In this document: piece by piece, positions 61,770-64,000 of the stretch | How positions within the stretch are numbered: the first letter of the stretch is position 1 | How the letters are laid out: each line of letters begins with the position of its first letter | NCBI GenBank assembly: GCA_964389695.1 | Contig: CAYMEP010000001.1 | Coordinates: 619-64,618, forward strand | Source: an uncultured Rhodobiaceae bacterium | Lineage (GTDB): Bacteria; Pseudomonadota; Alphaproteobacteria; RS24 | Length of the DNA: 64,000 nucleotides | Direction of reading: 5' to 3' | The notes under the pieces: generated by a model | Told to the model about the DNA's origin: nothing | What the model saw: only the letters and a program-made list of their open reading frames with translations | Databases searched by the model: none | Made by a program: the position numbers and the translations under genes

Positions 61770-61825
61770 TAAATTTGAAAAAAATAAGCTTTTTGTTTTT
61801 TGTAATATAATGTAATTATTTCGTT

Positions 61826-62302
61826 ATGTATAAAGATGCACATATTCCTAGAAAATTTTTGGTGATTATTGATGGTACAATAGAATCAAAATCTGCTTTA
61901 AGATGGGCAGAAAGGCGTGCTCGTTGCAATGGAGGTACACTGGTTTTATTAATGATTACAGAAATGGGAGATTTAGATCATTGGTTGGGTGTACGCAATT
62001 TGATGCAAGAAGATGCTCATGAATTTGCAAATAAAGTACTAAAAGACTTATCTCGAGAGGTAAAGGAAATTTCTGGACATGAGGCTGAAACATATATAAG
62101 GCAAGGGTCTAAAATTGAACAAATACAAGCTTTGATTGAGGAAGATAAAGCTATCTCTAGTTTGGTTTTGGCGACAAGTTCTAATGTTGGCAATCCAGGC
62201 CCTCTTGTTTCTGTTTTGATGGAAGGCAAATTATCGGTTAGAATTCCTGTTACTATTATTCCAGGTCATTTAACCAATGATGAAATTGATGCGTTAACTT
62301 AA
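61826..62302 (+). CDS. Universal stress protein (UspA) family protein
   Basis: It shows the USP fold pattern (FLVIIDGTIESKSALRWA ... LVLATSS ... PVTIIPG). Confidence 0.7.
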   Translation: MYKDAHIPRKFLVIIDGTIESKSALRWAERRARCNGGTLVLLMITEMGDLDHWLGVRNLMQEDAHEFANKVLKDLSREVKEISGHEAETYIRQGSKIEQIQALIEEDKAISSLVLATSSNVGNPGPLVSVLMEGKLSVRIPVTIIPGHLTNDEIDALT

Positions 62303-62323
62303 TATTACGTTAGAAAGAAGATT

Positions 62324-62887
62324 ATGTTTATACAAACTGAAGATACACCTAACCCAATGACATTAAAGTTCTTACCTAACCGTGAGGTTATGGGAGAAAA
62401 TAAATCTGCAGATTTTCCGAATGAAGAAAGTGCAAAAGTTTCACCCTTGGCGTTGAAAATTTTTTCTGAATCTCAAGTCTCCAGTGTGTTTCTAGGATCA
62501 GATTTTATTTCTGTTACCAAAAAGGAGAATGCTGAAGAGTGGAAATATATTAAACCAAATTTGCTTAATGTAATGATGGATTTCTTTTTATCAGGATTGC
62601 CTGTTATGGAGGTTGTCTTAGATGTTGAAGCGCAAGAAGATGAAGAAGATGAAGAAAATGTGGATATTAAAAAAATTAAAGAATTATTAGATACGAGAAT
62701 ACGGCCTGCTGTAGCCCAAGATGGAGGAGATATTATCTTCCATGGTTTTGATAATGGTGTTGTGACACTTTATATGCGGGGAGCATGTGCGGGTTGTCCA
62801 AGTGCTACGGCAACTTTGAAAAATGGAATTGAAAATTTGCTTAAGCATTTTGTACCATCTGTTCAAGAAGTACGTGCGGTTGAGTAA
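62324..62887 (+). CDS. NifU/Nfu-family Fe-S cluster assembly protein
   Basis: It has an Nfu N-terminal domain (MFIQTEDTPNPMTLKF) and a C-terminal NifU domain with CAGCPSATATL. Confidence 0.85.
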   Translation: MFIQTEDTPNPMTLKFLPNREVMGENKSADFPNEESAKVSPLALKIFSESQVSSVFLGSDFISVTKKENAEEWKYIKPNLLNVMMDFFLSGLPVMEVVLDVEAQEDEEDEENVDIKKIKELLDTRIRPAVAQDGGDIIFHGFDNGVVTLYMRGACAGCPSATATLKNGIENLLKHFVPSVQEVRAVE

Positions 62888-63565
62888 ATGATTCTTGCTT
62901 GCGACACTAGTCAACAAGCGTGCTCGGTGGCGCTCTTAAAACAAAATGGTGATTGTTTCGAGAAGAGTGAAGTTGTTGATGTTGGTCATGCAGAGTATTT
63001 ACCTCTTATGATGCAGGAAGTTATGGATGATGCTGAGGTTAAATGCAGTGACTTGACAGAATTAGTTGTGACAGTGGGGCCAGGAAGTTTTATTGGTTTG
63101 CGTGTTGGTTTATCATTTATGAGAGGGCTAGCGTTGGCATGTCATTTACCCCTTTATGGACTTAATAGTTTGGTTGCACTTGCTGTGTCTGCACAGGAAG
63201 TGAATACAGAGTCTTTGGAAATTCTGTCTGTAATTGATGCGCGTCGTGAACAAGTTTATGTGCAAAGATTTACGAGTGATTTAGATCCTATTGAAATACC
63301 ACAGATTGTTTCTTCAGAGGAATATGCAAAAACGTTACCTGAAAAACCATTTCTTTTGATAGGAACAGGCGCAGATTTAATCGCACCTTTCTTACCATGG
63401 GCCCAAAAAATAGATATGGTTAAATACCCAAGGCCAAGTGCTATGATAAAATTAATAAAATTATCATCTCCTTTGATTGAGGCCTCACCAAATCCAATTT
63501 ATTTACGTTTGGCTGATGCAAAATTACCTTCTCAAGATAGTGTTTTGTGTCATGAATCTGCATGA
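62888..63565 (+). CDS. tsaB: tRNA threonylcarbamoyladenosine biosynthesis protein TsaB
   Basis: It carries ILACDTS...VTVGPGSFIGLRVGLSFMRGLA and sits immediately upstream of rimI. Confidence 0.85.
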   Translation: MILACDTSQQACSVALLKQNGDCFEKSEVVDVGHAEYLPLMMQEVMDDAEVKCSDLTELVVTVGPGSFIGLRVGLSFMRGLALACHLPLYGLNSLVALAVSAQEVNTESLEILSVIDARREQVYVQRFTSDLDPIEIPQIVSSEEYAKTLPEKPFLLIGTGADLIAPFLPWAQKIDMVKYPRPSAMIKLIKLSSPLIEASPNPIYLRLADAKLPSQDSVLCHESA

Positions 63566-63975
63566 TAGAATTTGTGGATGTAAAACATAGTCATGTTTTG
63601 GCAAAACTACATGCGTTATGTTTTGAGAGACCTTGGAAGGAGACCGCATTTCAAACATTATTGGATATGAAATCGGTATTTGCTTATGGTTTTGATGATG
63701 GATTCATTTTATGTCGTGTTGTCCTCGATGAAGCAGAAGTTTTAACCATTTGTGTGTTGCCACGTGTTAGGAATAAAGGTTTTGCTAAGGATATGATGCA
63801 ATATACGATAAACCGTTTGTGTATTATGGAGGTGAATGTATTGCATTTAGAAGTTTCAGAAAAAAACACAGTAGCGTTAAAATTTTATGAAAGTTGTGGG
63901 TTCTTAATTTCAGGTCGCCGTTATGCTTATTATGGTAGAGATGATGCGCTTCTTATGAAATATAGCATTGAATAA
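63562..63975 (+). CDS. rimI: Ribosomal-protein-alanine N-acetyltransferase (GNAT)
   Basis: It has the GNAT motif A (VLPRVRNKGFAKDMM) and LEVSEKNTVALKFYESCGF. Its start overlaps the tsaB stop by 4 nt. Confidence 0.8.
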   Translation: MIEFVDVKHSHVLAKLHALCFERPWKETAFQTLLDMKSVFAYGFDDGFILCRVVLDEAEVLTICVLPRVRNKGFAKDMMQYTINRLCIMEVNVLHLEVSEKNTVALKFYESCGFLISGRRYAYYGRDDALLMKYSIE

Positions 63976-64000
63976 CTTGATGAAAGAGAGTAACTGTTAC

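Noticed and set aside
61770-61825. A possible intrinsic terminator after trpS (GAAAAAAATAAGCTTTTTGTTTTTT).
   Set aside because: The putative stem is almost entirely A:T pairs with a poorly defined loop. It is not convincing as a stable hairpin without an energy calculation.
888-62917. The many 60-140-aa track ORFs nested in or antisense to large conserved genes. Examples are 888-1157, 7115-7480, 8207-8605, 13679-14062, 23064-23489, 41950-42336, 50954-51304, 56043-56417 and 61244-61591.
   Set aside because: Each overlaps a confidently identified housekeeping gene in another frame or strand. None has a recognisable motif or start context, so I treat them as shadow ORFs.
1-64000. A search for CRISPR arrays, IS elements or transposases, integrases, prophage genes, toxin-antitoxin pairs, restriction-modification or other defence-type genes, and rRNA or other structured RNA genes.
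   Set aside because: I saw no spaced direct-repeat arrays and no ORF with transposase, integrase or defence-like motifs. No intergenic region other than the AT-rich origin is longer than about 170 bp. The only RNA gene I can support is tRNA-Gly.

Overview
This window is a densely coded, low-GC stretch of alphaproteobacterial core chromosome centred on the replication origin. Adjacent genes often overlap by 1-26 nt. The gene order hemE | DUF299 kinase-maf-aroE-coaE-dnaQ | secB-fxsA | Tim44-like, with rho-mnmE-mnmG-rsmG-parA-parB | holA-lptE-leuS on the other side, is the conserved alphaproteobacterial origin cluster. The 396-bp hemE/DUF299 spacer (26942-27337) is the probable oriC. Supporting it, top-strand G/C skew changes sign there and two perfect parS sites lie 4-6 kb to its left. 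The remaining genes are housekeeping: cysD-cysNC, ftsK, hisBHAFE-coaA, grpE-dnaK-dnaJ-dapB-gpmA-nth, rph-rdgB-hemW, gshB, maeB, mutS, glnD, murJ, trpS and tsaB-rimI, plus one tRNA-Gly(GCC). I found no CRISPR array, transposase, integrase, prophage gene, defence-like gene or obvious pseudogene, and I cannot point to a convincing new multi-gene system. The most interesting leads are:
- an unexplained 14-24 bp repeat family inside oriC;
- an AT trough that extends from oriC into the rho/hemJ/hemE coding sequence;
- a parS site written into the rsmG coding sequence;
- an RpoH-type promoter in a heat-shock locus that has no hrcA or CIRCE;
- a perfect palindrome spanning the stop codons of dnaQ and secB;
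- three orphan ORFs with no recognisable family.
The organism cannot be named from sequence alone; it is probably a compact-genome, possibly host-associated, alphaproteobacterium. All composition figures are hand counts on single 60-nt lines and need a proper computation.
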